From positions 77,376,001 through 77,440,000 of the forward strand of contig NC_043007.1 in the NCBI RefSeq assembly GCF_006345805.1: a stretch of 64,000 bases of DNA, read 5' to 3'. Under the pieces are notes generated by a model. It did not search any database, had not been told where the DNA came from, and was given only the letters and a program-made list of their open reading frames with translations. This document shows, in pieces, positions 25,299 to 38,315 of the stretch. The stretch is from Octopus sinensis. Lineage: Eukaryota. A program made the translations under genes and the position numbers. Numbering within the stretch: position 1 is the stretch's first letter; the number at the start of each line of letters is the position of its first letter.

Positions 25299-25489
25299 AA
25301 TTATAAATAAGGACAAAAGAAAAAAATTTCCTATGCCAATATGCTGAAAAATAGATCTGAAACCGTCTAAGCACATGCAGTTTGCTGTATATTTATAGTG
25401 AAAATTATTGTATGTGGTTAGACGGTTTAAGGTCTACTCTTCGGCATATTGGAATAGGAAAACTTTTTCTTTTTTCCTTATATATAATT
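25299..25489. repeat. Imperfect inverted repeat (~80-bp arms)
   Basis: TTTCCTATGCCAATATGCTGAAAAATAGATCTGAAACCGTCTAAGCACATGCA versus TGTATGTGGTTAGACGGTTTAAGGTCTACTCTTCGGCATATTGGAATAGGAAA. Confidence 0.85.
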
Positions 25490-26420
25490 ATATATATATA
25501 TATAACAGTTGAACAATTGTTACTTATTTTTAATTCACCTATCTCAGAACATGCCCCACGCTTGTTCTGAAGTATATTATGAACTGTATATTTAATAAAA
25601 GGTACATGTCTGAATAGCTCAAGAGCGGATTATATACTCAGTTGAGTCAAATTGACTGCATACATCACTTGAATATCATTCTGCTAGAACGTCTGTACCA
25701 AGGTTGATATTCATCTGAAGATTGTTGTGTGTGCATTTTATTCCGACCTAACTGGGTGCCCCAGCTTTAAGTACTTTATTCGACTGAATCTTGTTTATAC
25801 ACATATATATGAAGGGTCGCAACTTGAAAATATACGTATACGATACGACACAACAATTTTCTTATGTGTCACGAGTAACAGAGCTTTAATATCTGGTTAA
25901 AAGAAAATATTATTAATTTCCATAACTTATCTGTCTGCAGCTTTTTTTTTTGTTCAATATAAATGGCAGGAGACTTTTTCTATTCCAAATAACCATCCAA
26001 AACAGAAAAAAAAGAAAAGAAAAACAAATGAACAAAAAATAGCCAATGTCATGTTTATATTTTTTTTATTAATAACAAAATAGATGCACCTTCCGCCATA
26101 TTACATATACAAAGACACACACATACACACTCACAGAGACGTACGTACGTACATAAGCATGTACGTATGTATGTATGTGTAGATATGTAGTTCAGAAACA
26201 GGAAAAAGAGTGAAAGACTGAAGCCTGAACCTCTCGTGTACAATATCAATTATTAAAACAGCAATATATGATTGTGTATTATTTGGCACCTCAACCTCTG
26301 TCTGATAAATCCCGTGTATTATTCAAATAAAGACAATATCTCATTCAAAGACCAGACACGTTGAAATGTCACACACAAACAGTTACACACATATATAAAT
26401 ACATACGTATATACAAACCA

Positions 26421-26496
<76 letters not shown>

Positions 26497-26586
26497 GCTT
26501 ATTTGCTTGTAGCTAACCACACAAGATAGTTCATTTTTTTCTCTTAGCAGAGTACGTTACAAACTAATATGTCCAATATAATCGTT

Positions 26587-26630
<44 letters not shown>

Positions 26631-26902
26631 TGTATATATCATATGCACACAGATACATACATGCACACACTCGTATATATAAATATATACGCACACATCT
26701 ATCCACGAACACGCACACATATATAAACACATACATATATAGAGTCACAAATTTACACTTGTACAAAAGGACACTCATACGTATGGATTCAGTATTGACT
26801 TGTATATATCTGTCCATGATATCATAAAATGATAACGACAGACACACACACACATATGCAGATAAGCACAACCCTTTATATGTTTTCTAGCATTTACAAA
26901 AA

Positions 26903-26998
<96 letters not shown>

Positions 26999-27012
26999 CA
27001 TATCTACACACA

Positions 27013-27044
<32 letters not shown>

Positions 27045-27045
27045 T
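26903..27045. repeat. (TATC)n and (CA)n microsatellites
   Basis: Direct reading. Confidence 0.95.
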
Positions 27046-27206
27046 GCATATTCTTCAAGACATTTAAGAGATCTAATCCGCCGATTTTTTAAATTTTGGA
27101 ATCTATTTTTTTCCGAGAATTCTATTTTTTAATCATTTTGGAATCTATTTTGTTTTTTTTTCTAGCTAATTATAAGTTAATTTTTGTTTATTTTCAGATC
27201 GTTAAA

Positions 27207-28245
27207 ATGGAATGTCAAGTTAAGAAAATCGAGCATTTTCGACACCTCTTTCTTTTTGCTATTAATCAAGGTTCTAAGGCCGCAAAAGCTGCTCGCGATA
27301 TTTGTACTGTGTATGGAGAGGGTGCCATAGCTGAAAGAACCGCTCGTGATTGATATGCCAAGTTCAAAAATAAAAATTTTGATCTCAAAGACGCACCTCG
27401 TCCTGGCCGTCCAGTTGAGTTCGATGAAGAGTGATTAAACCAACTTTTGCACGAACATTCTCGTCAAACGACAAGGGAACTGGCAGAGAAAACGGAATGC
27501 ATCCACACTGCTATAGAGAAGCATCTTTACTCTATGGGAAAGGTTCAGAAGTATGGAGCATGAGTTTCGCATGCTTTTAAGTGACAACAACAAAAATCAA
27601 CGAACCACAATCTCCGCTGGTTTGCTTGCTCGTCACCGCTCAACTCATGGACACAAGCAACGATTTCTTTACCGAATCGTTATTGGTGACGAAAAATGGT
27701 GCCTGTACATCAATATGAAGCAGCGGAAGGAATGGTTTAGCACCGGTAAACAAACGACACCGCGCGTGAAACAAGATGTTCATCCGCATAAAACGATGTT
27801 GTGCGTATGGTGGGACTGGGAAGAGATTATCCATTGCTTGAACGGAACCAAACGGTCAACCTGGAACTCTATGTGCAACAGATGGAACGACTCAACACGG
27901 CTATTCATGAGAAAAGACCGAATCGGCAGCACGCAGTTCTTTTGATGCATGAAAATGCCCACCCTCATATCGCCAATATGACCAAGAAAGCCATTCAAGC
28001 GCATAGCTGGGAAGTGCTGCCACACCCGCCGTACTCTCTTGATTTGGCACGAACGGATTTCCCCCTGTTTCGATCTCTTTCAAATTCTATGCGCAGTTTC
28101 GTTCAATACTGATGCAGAATTGAGAGCTTGGTTGGATTAATTTTGAGTCGAAATCGGGGGTGATTTCTACCAACGAGGTATTGAAAATCTTGTTGAACGT
28201 TGGGAAGAAGTTGTAAACTACAAGGGTGAATACATTATTGATTAA
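27207..28245 (+). pseudogene. Mariner transposase, full-length but inactivated
   Basis: MECQVKKIEHFRH...PRPGRP...RIVIGDEKWCLY...KTMLCVWWD...MHENAHPH...HPPYSLDLARTDF...GEYIID*. Several stops and frameshifts. The second catalytic D appears as E. Confidence 0.95.
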
Positions 28246-28299
28246 TTGGTTGTTATTCTTTATTAAACCTTTTAAAAGATTTAAATTTAAAACCTAATA

Positions 28300-28395
28300 G
28301 AAAACCTCTGCCCAAGGTGCCACGCAGTGGGACTGAACCTGGAGCCATGTGGTAAGGAAGCAATCTACTTACCACACAGCAAATTCTGCGCCCAT
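28300..28395 (-). mobile_element. SINE family A 5' fragment
   Basis: TGCCCAAGGTGCCACGCAGTGGGACTGAACC. Confidence 0.85.
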
Positions 28396-28409
28396 TATAC
28401 AGACTTAAA

Positions 28410-28791
28410 CTTGAAGCTTTATATTTCAAAAGACCGTTTTCTGCACTAACGGACATGGGTGCATAGGAAAATGTTACGTGTATCTTACAAGGACCATTGG
28501 ACAAATGAATGGATGTTACAACAATTAAGTGGAAGACGATAATTCCTGAACAGTGTGAAGTAACAAGAGTTCATTTATTATGGCCATATTCGAAGAAGCA
28601 GAGGTCTGGGAAACATTATCCCAGAAGGAAGAGTAGAGGAAAACATTGCTTTCGGAGAAAGAGGCGGGCAAAGAGCGCAGTGGATGAATATCACTGGTTG
28701 GACAAGACTGGTAAAGTAGCCGGAGAACTCGCACTTAATGGGAAGACTTTGGTTATAGTGTCATCAATGCACTGAAGGCCTACGATACATG
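28410..28791 (+). mobile_element. RTE-clade LINE 3' fragment
   Basis: WVHRKMLRVSYKDHWTNE...YYGHIRR...IPEGRVE...GRQRAQWM matches the RTE C-terminus. A (GAC/GAT)-rich tail resumes after the SINE at ~29190. Confidence 0.8.
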
Positions 28792-28792
28792 T

Positions 28793-29177
28793 GGAAGCAC
28801 TCCGTCGGTAACGACGATGAGGGTTCCGGTTGATCCGAATCAACGGAACAGCCTGCTCGTGAAATTAACGTGTAAGTGGCTGAGCACTCCACAGACACGT
28901 GCACCCTTAACGTAGTTCTCGGGGATATTCAGCGTGACATAGAGAGTGACAAGGCCGGCCCCTTGAAATACAGGTACAACAGAAACAGGAAGTAAGAGTG
29001 AGAGAAAGTTGTGGTGAAAGAGTACAGCAGGGATCACCACCATCCCCTGCCGGAGCCTCGTGGAGCTTTTAGGTGTTTTCGCTCAATAAACACTCACAAC
29101 GCCCGGTCTGGGAATCGAAACCGCGATCCTATGACCGCGAGTCCGCTGCCCTAACCACTGGGTCATTGCGCCTCCAC
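28793..29177 (-). mobile_element. SINE family C, full length
   Basis: TSD TACGATACATG on both sides (28781 and 29178). Confidence 0.95.
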
Positions 29178-29589
29178 TACGATACATGACCGCAACGACA
29201 ATAACGACGATGACGACGGACGTGACCAGTGTTAATAAGTACACGTGTACTCATCACTTGCAGTAGTCAACAACGACTGCTCGTCCGTTGTCTTTAGCAT
29301 GTCTATGATCCAGAGCCATGATTGCTAAATAGCCGGTAGTTTTAGCCTGCTTTGAACCGTCCTTTTTGATAAAGCTTGATATATTCCTCTGAAGTTTTGG
29401 TTAATATCAATGTCCTCATCAGGTTAGTCTAGGCCAAGGGTAAAAGAACATTTTAATCAATTATCCCAAAATTTATTTATTTACGCCGACGTTACCCCTT
29501 TGCTTTGAAAGGAAGAAAATATTAGATTCTTTGAACTCAAAATGATTATTGAATCTATTTATATGGAAAATACAATTATGAATATTAAA

Positions 29590-29740
29590 AAAATGAGTAT
29601 GAATACAAAAGACGAAGACAGGTGTATGAACAACTGGCAGGTGTATTAGTTTGACGCTCGGGAAAGTGAGAAAGTCTTTTACGTTTCGAGGCTATGCTCT
29701 TCATCAGAAAGGAATAAGAGAAAATAAACAGAGATAGAAT
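29590..29740 (-). mobile_element. Family F hammerhead-bearing repeat
   Basis: Homologous to the 21985 and 49500 copies (TTCCCGAGCGT..AACTAATACACCTG..GTTGTT.ATACACCTGTCTTC). Confidence 0.75.
29676..29711 (-). ncRNA. Minimal type I hammerhead ribozyme-like motif
   Basis: Minus strand CTTT-CTGATGA-A-GAGC(ATAG)CCTC-GAAA-CG-T-A-AAAG: canonical core, GUA cleavage triplet, ACGT palindrome. Confidence 0.75.
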
Positions 29741-29814
29741 AAAAACATATGTATGTACACACACACACACACACACCACACACACACACACACACACATA
29801 TGTATATGTATATA

Positions 29815-30220
29815 TGCGTGCCTGAGTGGTAAGAAGGTTGCTTCCCAACCACATGGTTCCGGGTTCAGCCCCACTGTGTGGCACCTTGGGCAAGTGTTTT
29901 CTACTATAGCCTCGAGCCGACCAAAACCTTATGAGTGGATTTGGTAGACGGAAACTGAAAGAAGCCCGTTGATATATATATATATATATATGCATGCATA
30001 CATTTATGTGTGTTTGTTTAAGTCTGTGTTTGTCCCCTCCACCATCGCTTGACAACCGATGTTAGTGTATTTACGTCCGTGTAACTTAGCGGTTCGGTAG
30101 AAGATAACGATAGGATATGCACCAGGATTACAAAGAAGAAGTAGAGGGTTCGATTTCTTTGACTAAAAGGCGATGCTCTTGCATGGCCACAATCAGATAA
30201 CAGAAACAAGTAAAAGAATA
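29815..30220 (+). mobile_element. SINE family A, near full length
   Basis: Head, internal TA/TG tract and tail ending GAAACAAGTAAAAGAATAAAAGA. Confidence 0.9.
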
Positions 30221-30226
30221 AAAGAA

Positions 30227-30262
<36 letters not shown>

Positions 30263-30273
30263 CATACATATAC

Positions 30274-30344
<71 letters not shown>

Positions 30345-30805
30345 CATACATATACGTGTATAAATGTGGAGAGATAGAGAGATAGAGAGAGAGAGATAAA
30401 GAGAGAGAGAGACAGACAGATAAACAAACAGAAAGACAGAGATAGAGATAGAAATACGATCAAAGCGAGAAATGAAACTTCCGCAGACTCTAATAGTAAG
30501 AACACCAAAATAGATCTGCTTGCATAGAATGAATGTCATAATAACATTATATGATGACAGAAGAGAGACATGTGACTTGCATATTTTTAAGTTTCAGTTT
30601 TATATACAGTCGTTGTTGGACGAGAATCGATGCCATTCATCATTGCATAAATACACATACGCATACGTCCATCCATACATACATACATACATACATACAT
30701 ACATACATACATACATACATACATACATACATACATACATGCATATACATACATACGTACATACATATGTACATACATACATACATGTGTATATATATAT
30801 ATATA

Positions 30806-30843
<38 letters not shown>

Positions 30844-30857
30844 TATAATTGCAACGG

Positions 30858-31007
30858 AGGGCGTGTCTGTGTGGTAAGTAGCTTGCTTCCTAACCATATG
30901 GTTCCGGGTTCAGTACCAATGCATGGCACCTTGGAAAGTGTCTTCTACTATAGCCTAGGGTCGACCAAAGTTTTGTGAGTGGATTTGGTAGACGGAAATT
31001 GAAAGAA

Positions 31008-31052
<45 letters not shown>

Positions 31053-31055
31053 TAT

Positions 31056-31128
<73 letters not shown>

Positions 31129-31365
31129 TATTTCTATATGTTTGTGTGTCTGTGCTTGTCCCCACCCTACCATCGCTTGGTAACCGACGTTGGTATGTTT
31201 ACGTCCTCGTAACTTACCGGTTCGGCAAAGGTACCGATAGAATAAGTTCCTAGGTTAAAAAATGAAGTACCCGAGTAGATTCATTCGACGAAACGAAAAA
31301 CTAAAACAAAGAAATTTCAAGACGAGCCCCAGATTGCCACAGGGATAGGGGGACTGAAACAGTTA
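30858..31365 (+). mobile_element. SINE family A with expanded internal (TA)n
   Basis: Head 30858-31007, TA tract, tail 31140-31365. Confidence 0.88.
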
Positions 31366-31379
31366 ACGTATATATATTA

Positions 31380-31775
31380 CTCTTTTACTCTTTTACTTGT
31401 TTCAGTCATTTGACTGCGGCCATGCTGGAGCACCGCCTTTTAGTCGAGCAAATCGACCCCGGGACTTATTCTTTGTAAGCCCAGTACTTATTCTATCGAT
31501 CTCTTTTGCCGAACCGCTAAGTGACGGGGACGTAAACACACCAGCATCGGTTGTCAAGCAATGCTAGGGGGACAAACACAGATACACAAGCACACACATA
31601 CATATATATATATACATATATACGACGGGCTTCTTTCAGTTTCCGTCTACCAAATCCACTCACAAGGCATTGGTCGGCCCGGGGCTATAGCAGAAGACAC
31701 TTGCCCAAGATGCCACGCAGTGGGACTGAACCCGGAACCATGAGATTGATTAGCAAGCTACTTACCACACAGCCG
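31380..31775 (-). mobile_element. SINE family A, well preserved
   Basis: Complete tail (CTCTTTTA)2 through head. Very similar to the 6307 copy. Confidence 0.93.
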
Positions 31776-32254
31776 CACACATTTATATACGTGTGTGTAA
31801 ATGTTTTTACAGTCATACATATACATATGTCTGTGTGTGTACACATATATATATATATATATGTATAATTAAATGTATATGTGTGTGTGTGTGAGTGTGT
31901 GTGTGCGTGTGAATATGCTTGTGTGTATGTATGTATTTATGTATGTGTGTATTTATCTATACAGAACAACCATAAAACGCCAAAATATTTGCAATCATGC
32001 AGTCTAGACAATGTTTTAAATGAGAAAAAAAAACAAACAAACATGAAAATTGCTCAATTGTGTAGTCAAGTAGTCAAGGGAAGATAATTAGACAAACTTG
32101 TAGTTTTTATGAGGTCAAGCACGCATATACGTGTATATAAGTATATATGCAGATAGACGTGAATACTACATGTACGAAGTGTGTACATATATACATGCAT
32201 AATATACGCAAATACATTTATATATGGATATATGTATCTGTGCGTGTACGCTTG

Positions 32255-32711
32255 TTAAGGTACGTGGCCTAGAGTTTAGTGCACTGCACCAACAATCGTT
32301 ATGTTGTGGTGTATTTTTTTTTTAGCAAAACACTTACTCTTGTCCTTTCAGCTGCAAATGGATAACCTTGCGGCGCACTGGTGTCTCGTTGAGGGGAAAC
32401 TGTGTCCATCCACTCAGGCAGCAGTGTAGAATCATTCAAAAGTCAAACCAATGCCAAGCGCTTTGTGACCAACCGTGTATAACAGCATTGGATAGCTTGA
32501 AAATGCAATTCCTGTGTAATAAAAGTGACTTTCAAAACAAAACCAACAATAAATTTCATCTCGCTTTACGCTCTGAGTTCAGATTCCGCTGGGGTCGATG
32601 TTTTTAATCCTTTGAAGTCGATAAAAAATACCAGTGGAGTACTGGAGTCAATGTAATTGACTTATCCTCTCCTCCCAAAATTGCTGGCCTTGTACCAAAA
32701 TTTGAAACCAT
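32255..32711 (+). mobile_element. Degenerate SINE D-like copy (32255-~32500) followed by SINE B fragment (32560-32711)
   Basis: TTAGCAAAACACTT...CCTTGCGGCGCACTGGTGTCTCGT, then CTCTGAGTTCAGATTCCGC...AAATTTGAAACCA. Confidence 0.6.
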
Positions 32712-32729
32712 TATGTCAGTGTAGATGTA

Positions 32730-32985
32730 ACACCTGGCCATCTGTGACTGGGTGGGTCACTGCGGGAGACAAGTCCTCATGAAAACCACAAAAAACAATA
32801 CCAGAACTGTGTCATGTGGAGGGTGCCGAGAAGAGGACGCAAAAAGCTTAACATTCAAAAATGACGACCTAGCTGCTTCATATGTAGCAGCAAAACTCAA
32901 ACTAAAAGCTTTTGAGCAGAAATTCTAGAAGAACAATAGCAAAACTGACAAATTATGGTGGTCCTAGGGCGATACCATGGAGAAA
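32730..32985 (+). mobile_element. Probable RTE LINE 3' fragment
   Basis: GGH..R...G.RRRGRKKLTFK-like translation with frameshifts. Confidence 0.5.
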
Positions 32986-33320
32986 TCATGAGCAGGCAAA
33001 TAGCTCTGCATCGCCCTCATTGTCACTTTTCCTAATATAATCAGCGAAGACAATGAGTCATCCATAGAAGCAACAACAATTACAAGAATAAGACCAGCTA
33101 GTACTAATCGATCTAGAACTATCCCACCCCCAAAGCCACGGATAGCAAAGTCATGAGCAGGTAAATAACTCTGCATTGCCCTCCTAATCACTTTTCCAAA
33201 TATAATCAGCGAAAATAATAAAAGTCATCCATAGTAGCAACAACTATTACAAGAATAAGACCAGCGAGTACCAATCTGGAACTATCCCACCCACAAAGCC
33301 AGGGATACGGCGAAGTCATG
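32986..33320. repeat. ~165-bp tandem duplication (2 diverged copies)
   Basis: TCATGAGCAGG at 32986 and 33151. Shared TTACAAGAATAAGACCAGC and GAACTATCCCACCC. Confidence 0.9.
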
Positions 33321-33706
33321 GAACTGTGTCAATGCAAACTGCGAAGACATAGCGGAAGAGCTCAGTTCAGTCAACGGGCTTTTTACATTTGATGCTGACA
33401 GAGGAGTCCTAGAAGTTCAACGGTCAGGATCACCAGGCTCTATCAAGAAAGTAACTGTAACGCATCCATAGGGGTGGCGTCCATGTTTGAGTAATCAGTT
33501 AATGACAGACTAATACTTTGATTCAAGTTCTCTATTCAAATTCATAATAATGGTATTAGATGGTGACAAAAAGTCAGGGATATCCGTGAAAATTGAAAAA
33601 AAGAAGAAGAAAAAAAGAATAAAGATCGGAGGGAGATTGATAGGGAGAAGCAGACTATCTAAAAAGAACGATCGAAAATAGACCAAAGGAAAAAAAGAAT
33701 TAATTT

Positions 33707-34175
33707 TAGGTGCAGGAGTGGCTGTGTGGTAAGTAGCCAGGCGCAGAGTGGCTCTGTGGTAAGCTTGCTTACCAGCCACATGGTTCCGGGTTCATTCCCA
33801 TTGCGTGACACCTTGGACAAGTGTCTTCTACTATAGCTTCGGGCCGACCAAAGCCTTGTGAGTGGATTTGGTAGACGGAAACTGAAAGAAGCGAGTCGTA
33901 TATTTAAATATATATATATATATATATATATCTATATATATATATATGTTATGTATGTACGTGTGTGTATATGTTTGTGTGTCTGTGTTTGTCCCCCAAC
34001 ATCGCTTGACAACCGATGGTGGTGTGTTTAAGTCCCCGTAACTTAGCGTTTCGGCAAAAAAGACCGATAGAATAAGTACTAGTCTTCCAAAGAATAAGTC
34101 CTGGGGTCGATTGCTCGACTAAAGTCGGTGCTCCAGCATGGCCGCAGTCAAATGACTGAAACAAGTAAAAGAGTA
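33707..34175 (+). mobile_element. SINE family A, full length with duplicated 5' end
   Basis: GGTGCAGGAGTGGCTGTGTGGTAAG followed by GGCGCAGAGTGGCTCTGTGGTAAG, then the full body. Confidence 0.93.
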
Positions 34176-34654
34176 GTACTATAAAGGAAGAAGGAGAGTT
34201 ATACCTCCTACAAAGAAGTAGCTCTCTCCGCAGAGAAAAGTACCATATTACGTATGTAGGACTAATATCTTGTGAGTGGAAGCCAAGGAAATGAAATTTA
34301 CAGTCAATCGCAAGAGAAGCGAAGTTGTGTCTGTATTCGGGTGTTTGTATAAGGTATCGAAACCATAGTGTGTCCAGGTGAGGGCTTCAGAAGGGTTTGC
34401 ATATATTTTATATCTCCTGTTCTCTCGTAATGTCTATTTCAGTCTTATCGTTTCCTATTTTCATGTAATAAACTCGTGTTTTAAAATATTGCGCTTTTCT
34501 TTTTGGCGTCTCTTCTCAAGATTCTAGTGAATTTTTTCACGTTTCGTTAAATATTTTGCGTGTATAGTTTTACACATAAGCATATACATATACACACATG
34601 CAGAGCCACATACATCTACGTTTAACATACACACACACACGTACATATATATGT

Positions 34655-34726
<72 letters not shown>

Positions 34727-34909
34727 CATGCATACATACATACACACACACACACACACGTATATATATATTATATAAATATGTGTGTGGTGTGTGTGTG
34801 TGTTATGTATTTATGTATGTATATATATATATATATATATATACATATATACATATATATATATATACATATGCAAACACATTACATAACATATACAATC
34901 ATGTATATA

Positions 34910-35050
34910 CACGACAGGCTTCTTTTAGTTTCCGTCTACCAAATCCTCTCACAAGGCTATAATAGAAAAACACTTACCTAAAGTGCCACGCAGTGGGACT
35001 GAACCCGGAACCATGTGACTGGGAAGCAAGCTCCCTAACCACACAGTCAC
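34910..35050 (-). mobile_element. SINE family A 5' half, internally deleted
   Basis: GTTTCCGTCTACCAAATCC...GTGCCACGCAGTGGGACTGAACCCGGAACC. Confidence 0.85.
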
Positions 35051-36039
35051 TATATTTATATACATGCATATATACATACTTACATACTTACATACACACA
35101 CAAACACCAACATATACTTGTATCTATGTTTATACATACGTATATATATGTATGTGTGTACACACACACACATATATATACATAGACACACTACAAACCC
35201 ACATACACTCACACACACACTCACACACTCACACTCACTCACTCACACACTCAAATATATATATAAATACACACACTACAAACCCACATACACTCACACA
35301 CACACTCACACACTCACACTCACTCACTCACACACACACAATATATATATATATACATACAAACACTACAAACACACATACACTCACACACATACTCACA
35401 CACTCACACACACACACACACACATTTTACAAGTTGTGCTTTTACTATCCCTCAGTTTTATGACTATTTCGTTTTGCTATTTCCTATCTGACACTTTTCT
35501 ATTTCTTTGTTTCCCCACCCCCTCTGTCTTTCTCTCCCTACACACACACACACACACACACATACACACGCACACGCACACATACACACATATCATTACG
35601 TGCGTACAGAGCGATATAAACAGGTGATTTCTAAACGTTATATTGTACAAAGCACTGTTCCCCACCCCACCAGTTCTTATAGTTTCCTGCTGATATATAA
35701 AGTGTCACAAAGTCCACCTGTATTTCTCTATCTACTGTAAAAACAACTATAAGGGGAACAACAAGAACAGCAACAACATCAGCAACTCCAGCACGAGACC
35801 ACTTGTTTCCGTAGTGTCAAATACGAAGAAAATGGACGGAAGGAAACGATTTTTTTTTCTCTTCATAAAATCAAATACATAGATTTATTTTTCGTTTTTG
35901 TATTTGGTTTCCAAGATTCATGATGTAAAATCGAGTGTTGAAACGAATTTTGCGATATTTCGGGAGGGTCATTACCCCTATAATGATGAACACACGCACT
36001 GGCTCTGTTTCACTTCTTCCATTATTATTAGTTAATTAT

Positions 36040-36243
36040 AAGGCGGGGAGCTGGCAGAATCGTTAGCACGCTTAGCAGCATTTCGTCAATCTTCACGTTC
36101 TGAGTTCAAATGCCACCGGCGCTGACTTTATTTTTCATCATTTTTCGGATCGTTGAAATATGTACCAGTGCAACATCGGGGTCGATATAGTCGACTTGCT
36201 CCCTCCCTCAAATTTTCCGGCCATGTGCCAACATTTGACACCA
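36040..36243 (+). mobile_element. SINE family B (short-tail variant)
   Basis: AAGGCGGGGAGCTGGCAGAATCGTTAGCACGC head. Confidence 0.82.
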
Positions 36244-36439
36244 TTATCATTAGTCTATTTGCTAGCATTTAGCCAATTAACTATTAAATTGTTTGAATAA
36301 TTGCTCGGTTAATTATTCGATCAGCTAGGATTATGAATTTTTTTTGTCTCTATTCGCTACCTCATCAATGACATGCTTTATCTACTTCCGGTCTGTGTTT
36401 CAGTTTGTTGGTTCTATATTTGTATAGTTGTATCTTCTA

Positions 36440-36882
36440 TCGTTTACTTGTTTCAGTTATTAGACTGCGACCATGCTGGGGCACCGTCTTGAAGAATTTT
36501 TAAGTCACGTGAATCGGCCTCAGTACTTAATTCTTTTTAAAGCCTGTTACTGATTCTATGGGTCTCTTTTGTCAAACCGCTACGCTACGTGGATGTAAAC
36601 AAACCAACACATTTGTCAAGCGGTGGTGGGTGACAAATACACACATACGCACACGCACACACACATACACACACACGTATGCACACACGTACACGCGCAC
36701 GCGCACACACATTTATGCGACAGGTTTCTTTCAGTTTCCGTCTACCAAATACACGCACAAATCGTTGGCTGGCCTGAGGCTATAGCAGAAGACACTTGCC
36801 CAAGATGCCACAGAGTGGGACTGAACCCGGAACCATGTGGTTGGGAAGCAAGCTCTTTACCACACAACCACGCCTGTGCCTA
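36440..36882 (-). mobile_element. SINE family A
   Basis: Tail and head present with an internal CA-rich tract. Confidence 0.88.
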
Positions 36883-37090
36883 TGGAGTAAGAATATATGT
36901 AAGCGGCGTTGAGGAGAAAGAAAGGGTGCTTGTATGTGTGTGTACGTCTGGTGTTTAATTTTATTTCCTTGGTAAAGTAAAATTATTCTCTACCATTCAG
37001 ATTGTTGTTGTTATTGTTAGAGTCACAATCTAGATATAAATTTATTACGTTCATGACCATCCAATCTTATACTGAAACATAGTGCATGCG

Positions 37091-37460
37091 AAGGCAGCGA
37101 GCTGGCAGAAACGTTAGCACGCCGGGCGAAATGCTTTGCGGTATTTCGTCTGCCGTTACGTTCTGAGTTCAAATTCCGCCGAGGTCGACTTTGCCTTTCA
37201 TCCTTTCGGGGTCGATTAAATAAGTACCAGTTACGTACTGGGGTCGATGTAATCGACTTAATCCGTTTGTCTGTCCTTGTTTGTCCTCTCTGTGTTTAGC
37301 CCCTTGTGGGTAGTAAAGAAATAGGTATTTCATCTGTCTCTATGTTCTGAGTTCAAATTCCGCCGAGGTCGATAAATTAAGTGCCAGTTGCGTACTGGGG
37401 TCGATCAAATCTACTGGTCCCTCCACCAAAATTTCGGGCCTTGTGCCTAGAGTAGAAAAG
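37091..37460 (+). mobile_element. SINE family B, two bodies with different tails
   Basis: TSD AACATAGTG(C/T)ATGCG at ~37076 and 37461. Confidence 0.92.
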
Positions 37461-37804
37461 AACATAGTGTATGCGGAAGTACAATTTTCCATATGCCTCC
37501 ATATTTTGTTTGCTTTTTTTTTGTGAGGCGGTAGAACCTTGTTATTTGACTGAGAATTTGTCTGCTGTTTCTAGCAGTGTGAGCGACTACGAAGAGATTA
37601 TCTCTGTTAGCTCGTAAGTTTTACGTCAACATCGACGATGACTGACCTTTTGTATGGCCTTAAACCGTATTCTTCCATAGGTCTCTATCCTGAGTTGCTG
37701 TGATCCAGTCGTGGTTATCAATATTGAGTCTCCTAATGTGCTTAACTAAATCCTCGTACACCTATTCTAGTTCTCACGGCTGTTTACATTTTACCTGTTA
37801 TCTC

Positions 37805-38117
37805 CCATTTGTTTCAGCTATCAGACTACGACTATGTTTAATTTTTTTCCCCTGGTACTGAATCTATAGGCGCATTTTGCCGAACCGCTACGGAGACGTA
37901 AACATACCAACAACGGCTGTCAAGCGATGGAAGGGGGAACACATAGACATAAAGACACATACACGTTGATATATATGTACATACGACAAAATTATTTGGG
38001 TTTCAAGCGGTGCTGGGGGACAAACACAAACACAAAGACACGCACACACTTATATACATACAAAAACACACACACTCTCTCTTTCACACAAACACACGCA
38101 CGCACGCACACACACAT

Positions 38118-38168
<51 letters not shown>

Positions 38169-38315
38169 CAACGGGTTTCTTTCAGTTTCTCTCTACCAAA
38201 TCCACACACAAAGCTTTGGTCGGCCCGAGGCTATAATAGAAGACACTTGCCTAAGATTCCACGCAGTGGGATTGAACCCGGGACCATGTGGTTAGGAGGC
38301 AAATTTCTTACTACA
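37805..38315 (-). mobile_element. SINE family A, diverged, with internal duplication
   Basis: TCAAGCG.TG..GGGG.ACA segment occurs twice (37920 and 38003). Head at 38170-38315. Confidence 0.8.

Noticed and set aside
27207-28245. Domesticated SETMAR-like gene
   Set aside because: No SET domain, multiple stops and frameshifts, and an altered catalytic residue, so it is an ordinary dead mariner.
29380-29430. Minus-strand CTGATGA-GG...CC-AAAA possible decayed hammerhead
   Set aside because: GAAA, the cleavage triplet and stem I are all mismatched, so it is too degenerate to count.
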